Assembly (NCBI RefSeq): GCF_963921235.1
Contig: NW_026948111.1
Span: forward strand, 62,001 to 126,000
Origin: Mobula hypostoma
Taxonomy: Eukaryota
Direction: 5' to 3'
DNA: 64,000 bases
The notes beneath the pieces are model-generated. The model did no database searches, had not been told where the DNA came from, and saw nothing but the letters and a program-made list of their open reading frames with translations. Below, one piece after another: positions 1 to 13,137 of the stretch (its first letter is position 1; each line of letters begins with the position of its first letter). The position numbers were made by a program, and so were the translations under genes.

Positions 1-3000
1 ATATCAGAGAGGACACTGCCTTTTGATCACTGGTGGGATCGCTCTATGAGAGAGAGGATACTGCCTTTTGATCACTGGTGGGATTGCTCTATGAGAGAGA
101 GGACACTGCCTTTTGATCACTGGTGGGATCGCTCTGTTTTCAGAGAGGACACTGCCTTTTGATCTCTGGTGGGATCGCTCTGTTATCAGAGAGAGAGGAC
201 ACTGCCTTGTGATCACTGGTGGGATCGCTCTGTTATCAGAGAGAGGACACTGCCTTTTGATCACTGGTGCGATTGCTCTATGAGAGAGAGGACACTGTCT
301 TTTCATGACTGGTGGGATCGCTCTGTTATCAGAGAGGACACTGCCTTTTGATCACTGGTGGGATCGCTCTGTTATCAGAGAGAGAGGACACTGCCTTGTG
401 ATCACTGGTGGGATCGCTCTGTTATCAGAGAGAGAGGACACTGCCTTTTGATCACTGGTAGGGTCGCTCTATGAGAGAGAGGACACTGCCTTGTGATCTC
501 TGGTGGGATCGCTCTGTTATCAGAGAGGACACTGCCTTTTGATCACTGGTGGGATCGCTCTATGAGAGAGAAGATACTGCCTTTTGATCACTGGTGGGAT
601 TGCTCTATGAGAGAGAGGACACTGCCTTTTGATCACTGGTGGGATCGCTCTGTTATCAGAGAGGACACTGCCTTTTGATCACTGGTGGGATCGCTCTGTT
701 ATCAGAGAGAGAGGACACTGCCTTTTGATCACTGGTGGGATCGCTCTGTTATCAGAGAGAGGATGCTGCCTTTTGATCACTGGTGGGATCACTCTGTTAT
801 CAGAGAGAGAGGACACTGCCTTTTGATCACTGGTGGGGTCGATCTATGAGAGAGAGGACACTGCCTTGTGATCACTGGTGGGATCGCTCTGTTATCAGAG
901 AGGACACTGCCTTTTGATCACTGGTGGGATCGCTCTGTTATCAGAGAGAGGACACTGCCTTTTGATCACTGGTGGGATCACTCTGTTCTCAGAGAGAGGA
1001 CACTGCCTTTTGATCACTGGTGGGATTGCTCCATGAGAGAGAGGACACTGCCTTTTGATCACTGGTGGGATCACTCTGTTATCAGAGAGAGAGGACACTG
1101 CCTTTTGATCACTGGTGGGATTGATCTATGAGAGAGAGGACACTGCCTTTTGATCACTGGTGGGATCGCTCTGTTATCAGAGAGAGGACACTGCCTTTTG
1201 ATCACTGGTGGGATAGCTCTGTTATCAGAGAGAGAGGACACTGCCTTGTGATCACTGGTGGGATCGCTCTGTTATCAGAGAGGACACTGCCTTTTGATCA
1301 CTGGTGGGATCACTCTGTTATCAGAGAGAGGACACTGCCTTTTGATCACTGGTGGGATCGCTCCGTTATCAGAGAGAGGACACTGCCTTTTGATCACTGG
1401 TGGGATCGCTCTGTTATCAGAGAGAGGACACTGCCTTTTGATCACTGGTGGGATTGCCCTATGAGAGAGAGGACATTCCCTTTTGACACTGGTGGGATCG
1501 CTCTGTTTTCAGAGAGGACACTGCCTTTTGATCACTGGTGGGATCGCTCTGTTATCAGAGAGAGAGGACACTGCCTTGTGATCACTGGTGGGATCGCTCT
1601 GTTATGAGAGAGAGGACACTGCCTTTTGATCACTGGTGGGATCGCTCTGTTATCAGAGAGAGGACACTGCCTTTTGATCACTGGTGGGATCGCTCTGTTA
1701 TCAGAGAGAGGACACTGCCTTTTGATCACTGGTGGGATCACTCAGTTATCAGAGCGAGCACACTGCCTTTTGATCACTGGTGGGATTGCTCTATGAGAGA
1801 GAGGACTGCCTTGTGATCGCTGGTGGGATTGCTCTGTGAGAGAGAGGACACTGCCTTTTGATCACTGGTGGGATCGCTCTGTTATCAGAGAGAGGACACT
1901 GCCTTTTGATCACTGGTGGGATCGCTCTATGAGAGAGAGGACACTGCCTTGTGATCACTGGTGGGATCGCTCTGTTATCAGAGAGAGGACACTGCCTTGT
2001 GATCACTGGTGGGATCGCTCTGTTATCAGAGAGAGGACACTGCCTTTTGATCACTGGTGGGATCGCTCTGTTATCAGAGAGAGAGGACACTGCCTTTTGA
2101 TCACTGGTGGGATCACTCTGTTATCAGAGAGAGAGGACACTGCCTTTTGATCACTGGTGGGATCGCTCTGTTATCAGAGAGAGGACACTGCCTTTTGATC
2201 ACTGGTGGGATCGCTCTGTTATCAGAGAGAGGACACTGCCTTTTGATCACTGGTGGGATCACTCCGTTATCAGAGAGGACACTGCCTTTTGATCACTGTT
2301 GGGATTACTCTGTTATGAGAGAGAGAGGACACTGCCTTGTGATCACTGGTGGGATCGCTCTGTTATCAGAGAGAGGATACTGCCTTTTGATCACTGGTGG
2401 GATCACTCTGTTATCAGAGAGAGAGGACACTGCCTTGTGATCACTGGTGGGATCGCTCTGTTATCAGAGAGGACACTGCCTTTTGATCACTGGTGGGATC
2501 GCTCTATGAGAGAGAGGACACTGCCTTTTGATCACTGGTGGGATCACTCTGTTATCAGAGAGAGAGGACATTGCGTTTTGATTACTGGTGGGATCGCTCT
2601 GTTTTCAGAGAGGACACTGTCTTTTGATCACTGGTGGGATCGCTCTGTTATCAGAGAGAGAGGACACTGCCTTGTGATCACTGGTGGGATCGCTCAGTTA
2701 TCAGAGAGAGAGGACACTGCCTTTTGATCACTGGTGGGATCGCTCTACGAGTGAGAGGACACTGCCTTGTGATCACTGGTGGGATCGCTCTATGAGAGAG
2801 AGGACACTGCCTTTTGATCACTGGTGGGATCGCTCTATGAGAGAGAGGACACTGCCTTGTGATCACTCCTTTTGATCACTGGTGGGATCGCTCTATGAGA
2901 GAGAGGACACTGCCTTGTGATCACTGGTGGGATCGCTCTGTTATCAGAGAGAGGACACTGCCTTTTGATCACTGGTGGGATCACTCTGTTTTCAGAGAGA

Positions 3001-3205
3001 GGACACTGCCTTTTGATCACTGGTGGGATCACTCCGCTATCAGAGAGAGGACACTGCCTTTTGATTACTGGTGGGATTTCTCTATGAGATAGAGGACACT
3101 GCCTTTTGATCACTGGTGGGATTGCTCTGTTGTCAGAGAGAGGACACTGCCTTTTGATCACTGGTGGAATTGCTCTGTTATCAGAGAGAGGACACTGCCT
3201 TTCGA
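1..3205. repeat. Minisatellite, 45-50 bp unit, roughly 65-70 copies, continuing past the window start
   Basis: Tandem (AG)nGACACTGCCTTTTGATCACTGGTGGGATCGCTCTGTTATC with variable AG count and a CTATG variant. Confidence 0.97.
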
Positions 3206-3209
3206 TGTA

Positions 3210-3370
3210 ACCAGTGAATTGAGAGGGCAGCACAGGAGGAATTAATTAGAGGTAACGAATTAATTGAGAGGGCAGTTTAGGAGGAATTAATTGGAGGTAA
3301 CAAGTGAATTGGGAGGGCAGTTTAGGAGGAATGTATGAGAGGTAACAAGGAAAATTGAGGAAGGCAATTC
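3210..3370. repeat. Short degenerate tandem repeat, about 42-44 bp x 3-4
   Basis: AATTGAGAGGGCAGTTTAGGAGGAATTAATT(A/G)GAGGTAAC-like units. Confidence 0.75.
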
Positions 3371-3521
3371 AGGAAATGTTCAAGTCCTCTATTATTTTCA
3401 TGGTACCTCAGAAAAACAAGCTAATGTGCCTTAATGACTACTGCCTGGTGTCTTTCGTATGCACTGTCCACTCGTCACACACAGCCCCTCTCCCTCCCCT
3501 GTGCCCTGGGTGGGTGTCGAC

Positions 3522-3719
3522 CTTCTTAGCCTCCTTGAGCTGCCGCTGCAGCTCAGCCTGCTGTTCCTGCATCTTGTGCTTCCACTCCTGCAGCTGTTCC
3601 AGTTGGATACGGCTCTTCTCCAATTCCTTCAGCTTGGCCCGGTCCTCGTTCCGTTTCATCCGCAGTGTCTCCAGCTTCTCCTCCAGGTCTCTGACCTGCG
3701 CCCGGAGACCCTCTTCCTC
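3522..3719 (-). CDS. dctn1: dctn1 exon 9-equivalent (start of coiled coil CC1)
   Basis: 198 nt, GTTACAG|...AAG|GTCGAC. Encodes [66 protein letters not shown], close to the human CC1 start. Confidence 0.97.
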
Positions 3720-3911
3720 CTGTAACACCAACATGGCCAATTACTCTCCATCCACACTGCCTGGGCAAAGGGACTGGCTCCCATCCCCACCACTCCAGAG
3801 ACCCTCTTCCTCCTGTAACACCAATATGGCCAATTACTCTCCATCCACACTGCCTGGGCCCAGGCACTGGCTCCCATCCCCACCACCCCGGAGACCCTCT
3901 TCCTCCTGTAA
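3704..3911. repeat. 93-bp tandem repeat (about 2.2 copies) spanning the exon 9 acceptor
   Basis: GAGACCCTCTTCCTCCTGTAA recurs three times at exact 93-bp spacing. Confidence 0.95.
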
Positions 3912-4014
3912 AGTTGGATCACTTACCCCACCCCCTTCCCACAGAGCACATCAGCTCTTGGCAGTGTGAGGGCAACTCAGCCCAGACCAGATGTTGGATC
4001 AGGTCCAACATCAG

Positions 4015-6990
4015 ACCAGAACACATAGGAGCAGAATCAGTCCATTTGGCCCACTGAGTCTGCTCCACCGATCAATTATGGCTGATCCTCGTTTCCCTTC
4101 CTTAGTCCCACTCCCTGGTTTTCTCCCCATAACATTTGATGCCGTGGCCAATCAAGTACCTATCAATCTCTGCCTTAGATACCCAACAACCTGGCCTCAA
4201 CAGCTGCCTGGGGTAATAAATTCCACAAATTTACCACCTTTGTTAGGGATGAGATTACAGAATATCTGGAGGCACATGACAAGATAGGCCAAAACCAGCA
4301 TGGTTTCTTGAAAGGAAGATCCTGCCTGACAAACCTACTGCAATTCTTTGAGGAAATGACAAGCAGGGTAGAAAAAGGAGATACAGTAGGTGTGCTGTAC
4401 TTGGATTTTCAGAAGGCCTTTGACAAGGTACTGCACATGAGGCTGCTTAGCAAGCTAAGAGCCCATGGAATTACAGGGAAGTTACTAACATGGGTGGAGC
4501 ATTGGCTGGTCGGCAGAAAACAGAGAGTGGGAATAAAGGGATCCTATTCTGGCTGGCTGCCAGTTACCAGTGGAGTTCCACAGGGGTCGGTGTTGGGACC
4601 GCTGCTTTTTACAAAGTACGTCAAAGATTTGGACTATGGAGTTAATGGATTTGTAGCTAAATTTGCCGATGATACAAAGGTAGGTGGATGAGCGGGTAGA
4701 GTTGAGAAAACGGAGCTTGCAGGGAGACTCAGTTTAGGTGAATGGGCAAATAAGTGGCAAATGAAATACAATGTTGGAAAGTGTACGGTCATGCACTTTG
4801 ATGGAAGAATTAAACAGGCAGACTATTATTTAGATGGGGAGAGAATTCAAAATGCAGAGATGCAAAGGGACTTGGGAGTCCTTGTGCAGGATACCCTAAG
4901 GTTAACCTCCAGGTTGAGTTGGATGTGAAGAAGGCGAATGCAATGTTGGCAATCATTTCTAGAGTTATAGAATATAACAGCAGGGATGTGATGTTGAGGC
5001 TCTATAAGGCACTCGTGAGAATTCTGTGCAGTTTTGGGCTCCTTACTTTAGAAACGATACACTGACATTGGTGAGGGTCCAGAGAAGATTCACAAGAATG
5101 ATTCCAGGAATGAAAGGGTTATCATATGAGGAACGTCTGGCAGCTCTTGGGTTATATTCCCTGGAGTTCAGGAGAATGAGGGGGGGGATCTCATAGAAAC
5201 ATTCCAAATGTTAAAAGGCCTGAACAGATTAGATACAGCAAAGCTATTTCCCATGGTGGGGAAGTCTAGGACAAGAGGGCATGTCTTCATGACTGAAGGA
5301 CGTCCATTTAGAACAGAGATGCGGAGAAATTGCTTTAGTCAGAGGATGGTAAATCTGTAGAATTTGTTGCCACGAGTGGCTGTGGAGACCAAGTCATTGG
5401 GTGCATTTAAGGCAGAGATAGATAGGTTCTTGATTAGCCAGGGCATCAAAAGGTATGTGGAGAAGGCAAGACAGCAGGGATGACTGGAAGAATTGGATCT
5501 GCCCACGACTGAATGGAGGAGCAGACTCGATGGGCTGAATGGTCTACTTCTGCTCCTGTATCTTATGGTCTTATGGTCTCTCTGGATAAAGAAATTTATC
5601 CGCATCTCTGTTTTAAATGGATGCCCAATATCCTGAGGCTGTGCCTTCTTGTCCTAGATTCTCCTACTATGGGAAATATCCTTTTCACTTTTACTCTATC
5701 CAGGCCTTTCAACATTCAAAAGGTTTCAATAACATCCCCCTGCAGCTTCTAAATTCCAGCGAGTACAGACCCAGAGCCAAACGTTCCTCCTATGATAACA
5801 CTTTCATTCCAATAATCAACCGTGTGAACCTCCTCTGGACCCTCTCCAATGCCAGCACATCTTTTCTAAGATGAGGAGATCAAAACTGTTGACAATACTC
5901 AAGGTGAGGCCTCACCAGTGCCTTATAAAGCCTCAGCATCACATCCCTGCTCTTGTATTCTAGACCTCTTGAAATGAATGCAAACATGGCATTTGCCTTC
6001 CTCACCACCACTCTACTTACAAGCTTACCTTGTGTTCTGCACAAGGACTCCCAAGTCCCCTTGCATCTCAGATTTTTGGATTTTCTCCCCATTTAGAAAA
6101 TATTCTGCGCATTTATTTCTACTACCAAGGTGCATGTCCATGCATTTTCCAACATTGTATTTCACTTGCCAGTTTCTTGCCCATTCTCCTAATCTGTCTA
6201 AGTCCTTCTGCATCCTACCTGTTTCCTCAACACTACCTGCCCCTCCATCAATCTTCATATCATCTGTAAACTTGGCAACAAAGCCATCTATTCCATCATC
6301 TAAATCATTTATATACAGCATAAAAAGAAGTGGTCCCAACATCGACCCCTGCTGAACACCACTAGTCACTGGCAGCCAACCAGAAAAAGATCCTTTTATT
6401 CCCACTCGCTGCCTCCTACCAATCAGCCGATGCTCTAACCATGCCAGTAACTTTCCTGTGATACCATAGACTCTGAACTTGGTAAGCAGCCTCATGTGTG
6501 GCACCTTGTCAAAGGCCTTCTGAAAGTCCAAATATACAACATCCACTTCATCCCCTTTATCTATCCTACTTGTAATCTCTACCAAGAATTCCAACAGGTT
6601 CATCAGACAAGATTTTCCCTTAAGGAAACCATGCTGACTTTGTCCTATCTTGTCCTGTGTCACCAAGTACTCCATAACCTCACCCTTAACAATTGACTCC
6701 AACATCTTCCCAACCTCTGAGGTCAGGCTAACTGGTCTGTAATTTCCTTTCTGCTGCCTTCCTCCTTTCTTAAAGAGTGGAGTGACATTTACAATTTTCC
6801 AGTCCTCTGGCACTGTGCCAGAGTGCAATGATTTTTGAAAGATCGTTACTAATGCCTAAACAATGCCTACCACTAACTCTTTCAGAACCCTAGGGTCTGG
6901 GTGACTGATGTACCCTTCGGTCTTTCGGCTTTTTCCCTTGTAATACTAACTGCACTGACTTCTGTTCCCACACGTCCTTCAACATCTGTG
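4015..6990 (-). mobile_element. Decayed CR1 LINE (RT plus 3' end), interrupted at about 4243-5577 by another CR1
   Basis: ORF 6025-6828 carries YRPVSLTS, QHGF, YLDFQKAFDKV, SGVQQGSMLGPLLF and KFTDD. The 3' UTR is at 4015-4242 and the sequence joins across the insertion when compared with the intact copy near 26420. Confidence 0.93.
4243..5577 (+). mobile_element. 5'-truncated CR1 LINE nested in antisense orientation
   Basis: ORF 4308-4691 with RT motifs SGVPQGSVLGPLLF and KFADDTK; ends in a TCTTATGG-repeat tail. Confidence 0.93.
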
Positions 6991-7148
6991 CGCACACCTA
7001 TGTCCGGTATAACAATCATGTACAACCATCAGGTGTTGGGGGGTGTCTGTTTGCACAATGGGATGTGGTGAGTGACCCCGTACAGCCAGAGGTGAGGGTC
7101 AATCCTCTGCAAAGGGAGCCCCCTCCACCCTACAGTCCCCTCACTCAC

Positions 7149-7337
7149 CTTGGGAGAGAGCAGCGGGGGAGCAACGGGGGACACCAGACCGGCAGGCGTG
7201 GGCATGACGGGGGCAGCCAGCGGGGTCTGTGCCGGTGTTCCTGGATCGCTGCTGCTCATCTCTCCGGCTGACGGTGACGGGGTGGCAGATGAGGCCGTGC
7301 CCACACTGGAGGCCGCCGAGCTTGCATTGCGTGTAGG
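7149..7337 (-). CDS. dctn1: dctn1 exon 8-equivalent (Ser/Pro-rich region)
   Basis: 189 nt, CTCTCTCCACAG|...AAG|GTGAGT. Encodes PTRNASS...[26 protein letters not shown]...LLSPK; human has [26 protein letters not shown]. Confidence 0.96.
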
Positions 7338-7629
7338 CTGTGGAGAGAGGGGCACTGTTTAGAGGCTGGGTGAGCCAGGTCCTCCACCCACTGGCCTACA
7401 GCCCACCCTGCCAGGGGACATCCACATTGCATGTAGACTGTGAGAAAAGGGCAGCAGTCAGTGGAGGAGATGCAGCCCCCATGACTGTCCCAGACTGCCA
7501 CTCCGTCCAGCGTGAGCCCATCAGCCCTTCTCCCCTTGCTAGACTGGTCAACCCACCACCTGGGGTGCTTAACCCCAGCTCGCCCTCTCAGACTCCGAAC
7601 CCCTCACCCTCCCCAGCTGAGAGAGTACA

Positions 7630-8072
7630 CTAACTGGTTCCATCACCGCCTGGTATGGAGAGGCCACAGCACAAAATCGGAAAACTGTAAACTGAGCCAG
7701 CTGCATCGCGGGCACCAGCCTCCCCAGAATCGAGGACGACTTCAAAGGCAATGCCTCAAAAAGACAGCACCCATCATTACAGACCCTCATCGCCTGGGAC
7801 ATGCCCTGTTCTCATCGTTACCATCAGGGAGGAGGTACACGAGCCTGAAGACACACACTCAATGTTTCAGAAGCAGGCTTCTACCCTTCGTCATCAGATT
7901 TCTGAACGGACAACGAACCCGTACTGGTATGCTTCTCTCTTAGCACTGCTTACTGAACTTCACATTTCTATTTCTTATTGTAAGTTATAGTTTTTACCAT
8001 TATGTATCACAATAAACTGCTGTTGCAAAACAACACATTTCACAACATATGCCGGTGATAGCCCTGATTCTC
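7630..8072 (+). mobile_element. Rex1/Babar- or L2-type LINE 3' fragment
   Basis: C-terminal motif HALFSSLPSGRRYTSLK followed by an AT-rich 3' UTR. Confidence 0.7.
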
Positions 8073-8184
8073 AGGGAGAACAATTCACTCCCCATAGACG
8101 CTACCAGTCCTCGGCACCCCAAACATCCTCATTCCTGGACAGAGCGAGGGAACTCACATCACGCTCCCCCCCACCCTGGGCACG

Positions 8185-11175
8185 GTTAGGGGAGCTCACA
8201 CCCCCTCATCCCGGGCACAGTAAGGGAGATCACACCCCCTCATCCCGGGCACAGCTGAGGGAGCTCACACCCCCTCATCCCGGGCACAGTAAGGGAGATC
8301 ACACCCCCTCATCCCGGGCACAGTAAGGGAGCTCACACCCCCTCATCCCGGGCACAGCTGAGGGAGATCACACCCCCTCATCCCGGGCACAGCTAAGGGA
8401 GCTCACACCCCCTCATCCCGGGCACGGCTAAGGGAGATCACACCCCCTCATCCCGGGCACAGTAAGGGAGCTCACACCCCCTCATCCCGGGCACGGCTAA
8501 GGGAGATCACACCCCCTCATCCCGGGCACAGTAAGGGAGATCACACCCCCTCATCCCGGGCACAGCTGAGGGAGCTCACACCCCCTCATCCCGGGCACAG
8601 CTGAGGGAGATCACACCCCTTCATCCCGGGCACGGCTAAGGGAGATCACACCCCCTCATCCCGGGCACAGCTGAGGGAGATCACACCCCCTCATCCCGGG
8701 CACAGCTGAGGGAGATCACACCCCCTCATCCCGGGCACAGCTGAGGGAGATCACACCCCCTCATCCCGGGCACAGCTTAGGGAGATCACACCCCCTCATC
8801 CCGGGCACAGCTGAGGGAGATCACACCCCCTCATCCCGGGCACAGCTGAGGGAGATCACACCCCCTCATCCCGGGCACAGCTGAGGGAGCTCACACCCCC
8901 TCATCCGGGGCACAGTAAGGGAGCTCACACCCCCTCATCCCGGGCACAGTAAGGGAGCTCACACCCCCTCATCCGGGGCACAGTAAAGGAGCTCACACCC
9001 CCTCATCCCGGGCACAGCTGAGGGAGCTCACACCCCCTCATCCCGGGCACAGCTGAGGGAGCTCACACCCCCTCATCCCGGGCACAGCTGAGGGAGCTCA
9101 CACCCCCTCATCCCGGGCACAGCTGAGGGAGCTCACACCCCCTCATCCCGGGCACAGTGAAGGGAGATCACACCCCCTCATCCCGGGCACAGCTGAGGGA
9201 GATCACACCCCCTCATCCCGGGCACAGCTGCGGGAGCTCACACCCCCTCATCCCGGGCACAGTAAGGGAGCTCACACCCCCTCATCCCGGGCACAGCTAA
9301 GGGAGCTCACACCCCCTCATCCCGGGCACAGCTAAGGGAGCTCACACCCCCTCATCCCGGGCACGGCTAAGGGAGATCACACCCCCTCATCCCGGGCACA
9401 GTAAGGGAGCTCACACCCCCTCATCCCGGGCACGGCTAAGGGAGATCACACCCCCTCATCCGGGGCACAGTAAGGGAGATCACACCCCCTCATCCCGGGC
9501 ACAGCTGAGGGAGCTCACACCCCCTCATCCCGGGCACAGCTGAGGGAGATCACACCCTCTCATCCCGGGCACAGCTGAGGGAGCTCACACCCCCTCATCC
9601 CGGGCACGGCTAAGGGAGATCACACCCCCTCATCCCGGGCACAGTAAGGGAGATCACACCCCCTCATCCCGGGCACAGCTGAGGGAGCTCACACCCCCTC
9701 ATCCCGGGCACAGCTGAGGGAGATCACACCCCCTCATCCCGGGCACAGCTGAGGGAGATCACACCCCCTCATCCCGGGCACAGCTGAGGGAGATCACACC
9801 CCCTCATCCCGGGCACAGCTGAGGGAGATCACACCCCCTCATCCCGGGCACAGCTGAGGGAGATCACACCCCCTCATCCCGGGCACAGCTGAGGGAGATC
9901 ACACCCCCTCATTCCGGGCACAGCTGAGGGAGATCACACCCCCTCATCCCGGGCACAGCTGAGGGAGATCACACCCCCTCATCCCGGGCACAGCTGAGGG
10001 AGCTCACACCCCCTCATCCGGGGCACAGTAAGGGAGCTCACACACCCTCATCCGGGGCACAGTAAGGGAGCTCACACCCCCTCATCCGGGGCACAGTAAA
10101 GGAGCTCACACCCCCTCATCCCGGGCACAGCTGAGGGAGCTCACACCCCCTCATCCCGGGCACAGCTGAGGGAGCTCACACCCCCTCATCCCGGGCACAG
10201 CTGAGGGAGCTCACACCCCCTCATCCCGGGCACAGCTGAGGGAGCTCACACCCCCTCATCCCGAGCACAGTGAAGGGAGATCACACCCCCTCATCCCGGG
10301 CACAGCTGCGGGAGATCACACCCCCTCATCCCGGGCACAGTGAAGGGAGATCACACCCCCTCATCCCGGGCACAGCTGAGGGAGATCACACCCCCTCATC
10401 CCGGGCACAGCTGAGGGAGATCACACCCCCTCATCCCTGGCACAGCTGAGGGAGATCACACCCCCTCATCCCGGGCACAGCTGAGGGAGATCACACCCCC
10501 TCATCCCGGGCACAGCTGAGGGAGATCACACTCCCTCATCCCGGGCACAGCTGAGGGAGATCACACCCCCTCATCCCGGGCACAGCTGAGGGAGATCACA
10601 CCCCCTCATCCCGGGCACAGCTGAGGGAGATCACACCCCCTCATCCCGGGCACAGCTGAGGGAGATCACACCCCCTCATCCCGGGCACAGCTGAGGGAGA
10701 TCACCCCCTCTCATCCCGGGCACAGTAAGAAAGATCACACCTCTCTATCCCGGGCACAGTAAGAAAGATCACACCTCCTCATCCCGGGCACAGTAAGAAA
10801 GATCACACCCCCTCATCCCGGGCACGGCTAAGGGAGATCACACCCCCCTCATCCCGGGCACAGCTAAGGGAGATCACACCCCCTCATCCCGGGCACGGCT
10901 AAGGGAGATCACACCCCCCTCATCCCGGGCACAGTATGGGAGATCACACCCCCTCATCCCGGGCACGGCTAAGGGAGATCACTCCCCCTCATCCCGAGCA
11001 CAGCTGAGGGAGCTCACACCCCCTCATCCCGGGCACAGTAAGGGAGATCACACCCCCTCATCCCGGGCACAGCTAAAGGAGATCACACCCCCTCATCCCG
11101 GGCACAGTAAGGCAGATCACACCCCCTCATCCCGGGCATTGCTAATGAAGCAACTCTCCCCCTCATCCCGAGGCA
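8185..11175. repeat. Minisatellite, 34-36 bp unit, roughly 85 copies
   Basis: CACACCCCCTCATCCCGGGCACAG(CTG/TA)AGGGAG(A/C)T in tandem, no unique spacers. Confidence 0.97.
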
Positions 11176-11389
11176 CGGCAAGGTGTGGCAAGCAACTCTT
11201 CCTGGACACGGTGAGGAATCTCACCAACATCTTTTTAAACATATATTAGCATCAAACTGTGATCACAATGAGTTGAGTGGTCATTAACAATGGTTAATCG
11301 TTAAATGACAGAGCACAGCCCTTTCCTACTTTAGACATACTGTTTAAAACTCTGAGCACAGAATAATGAACAAATTATTACTCACTCTC

Positions 11390-11578
11390 CTCCACAGATA
11401 CTGTCTGACCTGCTGAGTTCCTCCAACAATTTCTGTATGTTGTTTTGGATTCCCAGCATCTGCAGAATCTCTTGTGTTTATTCATTTCCATAGATGCTGC
11501 CTGACCTGCTGAGTTCCTCCAGCATCTTGTGTGTGTTGCTCTGGATTTCCAACATCTACAGAATTCCTGTGTTTAGTG
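11390..11578 (+). mobile_element. Two tandem fragments of an elasmobranch-type interspersed repeat (Penelope-terminus-like)
   Basis: GATGCTGCCTGACCTGCTGAGTTCCTCCAGCAT...GGATTTCCAGCATCTGCAGA-like unit present twice; same family as 16585-16765. Family assignment is from recall. Confidence 0.6.
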
Positions 11579-12244
11579 ACCTAGACCACAAATGTAGCTC
11601 CCTATCCTCACACTGGCATTCTCCCTTCAACTGGTCAACACTCCTCTGGGCACCTGCCCTCATAATGACCCCTGATCTTTAACCCCAATTCTAAATCAGG
11701 GCCACAGTCCTGGGATCACACTCATGGGACAGCTCCCCGATCCTGTCCACCACCAAACACCCACCCAATCTTCCTTCTTCCATGGAAAACAACCCCAGTT
11801 CTCAATTCAAACCTGGGAGAACTCGCCATCAACAACCAAAGCTGGAGGGAGCGTGAGGGTATGGAGAGCAGATAGGGACAGAATCAATGAGGGCAGCTGT
11901 TCAGATAGGCAAAGATCCCAGGTCATCTACTCTGGTGGACATAACCAAGAAACAAGGCACTGATTGAAAGGGGAAGGGTCTGGGTACTATTACAACAGTA
12001 CACCACAGCATCACGACCTTCAACCCACAGTATTGATACTGAAGAACACTAATCCCTCTCACATGATCCGAAAGTTACAGCAGACAGTCTTTACAGGGAG
12101 AATCAGCCCTCCAGTGCCTGGGAGAGGCTCCATCGGTCGTGTCAGTCTGGGAGCATCCACTCGGATTTGCCTGGAAAAGATGGATTGTCCCAGGAGTGCA
12201 AAGGGCTCTGGGCTCTTCTGGAATGAATGGGGATGAGTCACACT

Positions 12245-13065
12245 GTGTGTGCTGGGACAGGGACAGGGATGGGTGGCTGTGCGAGCTGGGACGGAGACGG
12301 GTGGCTGTGCGTGCTGGGACGGAGACGGTTGGCTGTGCGTGCTGGGACGGAGACGGGTGGCTGTGCGTGCTGGGACGGAGACGGGTGGCTGTGCGTGCTG
12401 GGACGGAGACGGGTGGCTGTGCGTGCTGGGACGGGTCCCTGTGTGTTCTGGGACGGGGACAGGTGGTTGTGCGTGCTGGGATGGGGATGTGGACAGGTGG
12501 CTGTGCATGCTGGGATGGGGATGGGGACAGGTGGCTGTGCGTGCTGGGATGGGGACAGGTCACGTGCTGGGACGGAGACGGGTGGCTGTGCGTGCTGGGA
12601 CGGAGACGGGTGGCTGTGCGTGCTGGGACGGAGACGGGTGGCTGTGCGTGCTGGGACGGAGACGGGTGGCTGTGCGTGCTGGGACGGAGACGGGTAGCTG
12701 TGCGTGCTGGGACGGAGACGGGTGGCTGTGCGTGCTGGGACGGAGACGGGTGGCTGTGCGTGCTGGGACGGAGACGGGTGGCTGTGCGTGCTGGGACGGA
12801 GACGGGTGGCTGTGCGAGCTGGGACGGAGATGGGTAGCTGTGCGTGCTGGGACGGAGACGGTTGGCTGTGCGTGCTGGGACGGGTCCCTGCGTGTTCTGG
12901 GACGGGGACAGGTGGTTGTGCGTGCTGGGATGGGGATGGGGACAGGTGGCTGTATGTGCTGGGATGGGGACAGGTCATGTGCTGGGACGGAGATGAATCA
13001 CGGTGCATTCTGGGACGGGTTGCATATGCTGGGATGGGATGGGTCACTGTGTCTGCTGGGATGGG
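12245..13065. repeat. G-rich minisatellite, 28 bp unit
   Basis: GCTGGGACGGAGACGGGTGGCTGTGCGT in tandem with degenerate edges. Confidence 0.95.
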
Positions 13066-13137
13066 GATGGTCGTGGATTGCTGGGTGCTGTGGGTACAGT
13101 GGAGATCCCGATCCCGCACGCTGTGACCACGGCTCAC

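Noticed and set aside
1..3233. Repetitive ORFs (RERTLPFDHWWD..., IPPVIKRQCPL...)
   Set aside because: Translations of a minisatellite whose variable unit length shifts frame; no splice or homology support.
3355..3969. 204-aa plus-strand ORF antisense to exon 9
   Set aside because: Composite of a short Rex-type LINE scrap, the antisense of a coiled-coil exon and the 93-bp repeat; no independent gene signals.
8185..11175. CRISPR-like array (about 35-bp partly palindromic repeats)
   Set aside because: Units are head-to-tail with no unique spacers, there are no cas genes, and the context is a vertebrate intron. The same applies to the 37-bp and 35-bp arrays at 53935 and 63625.
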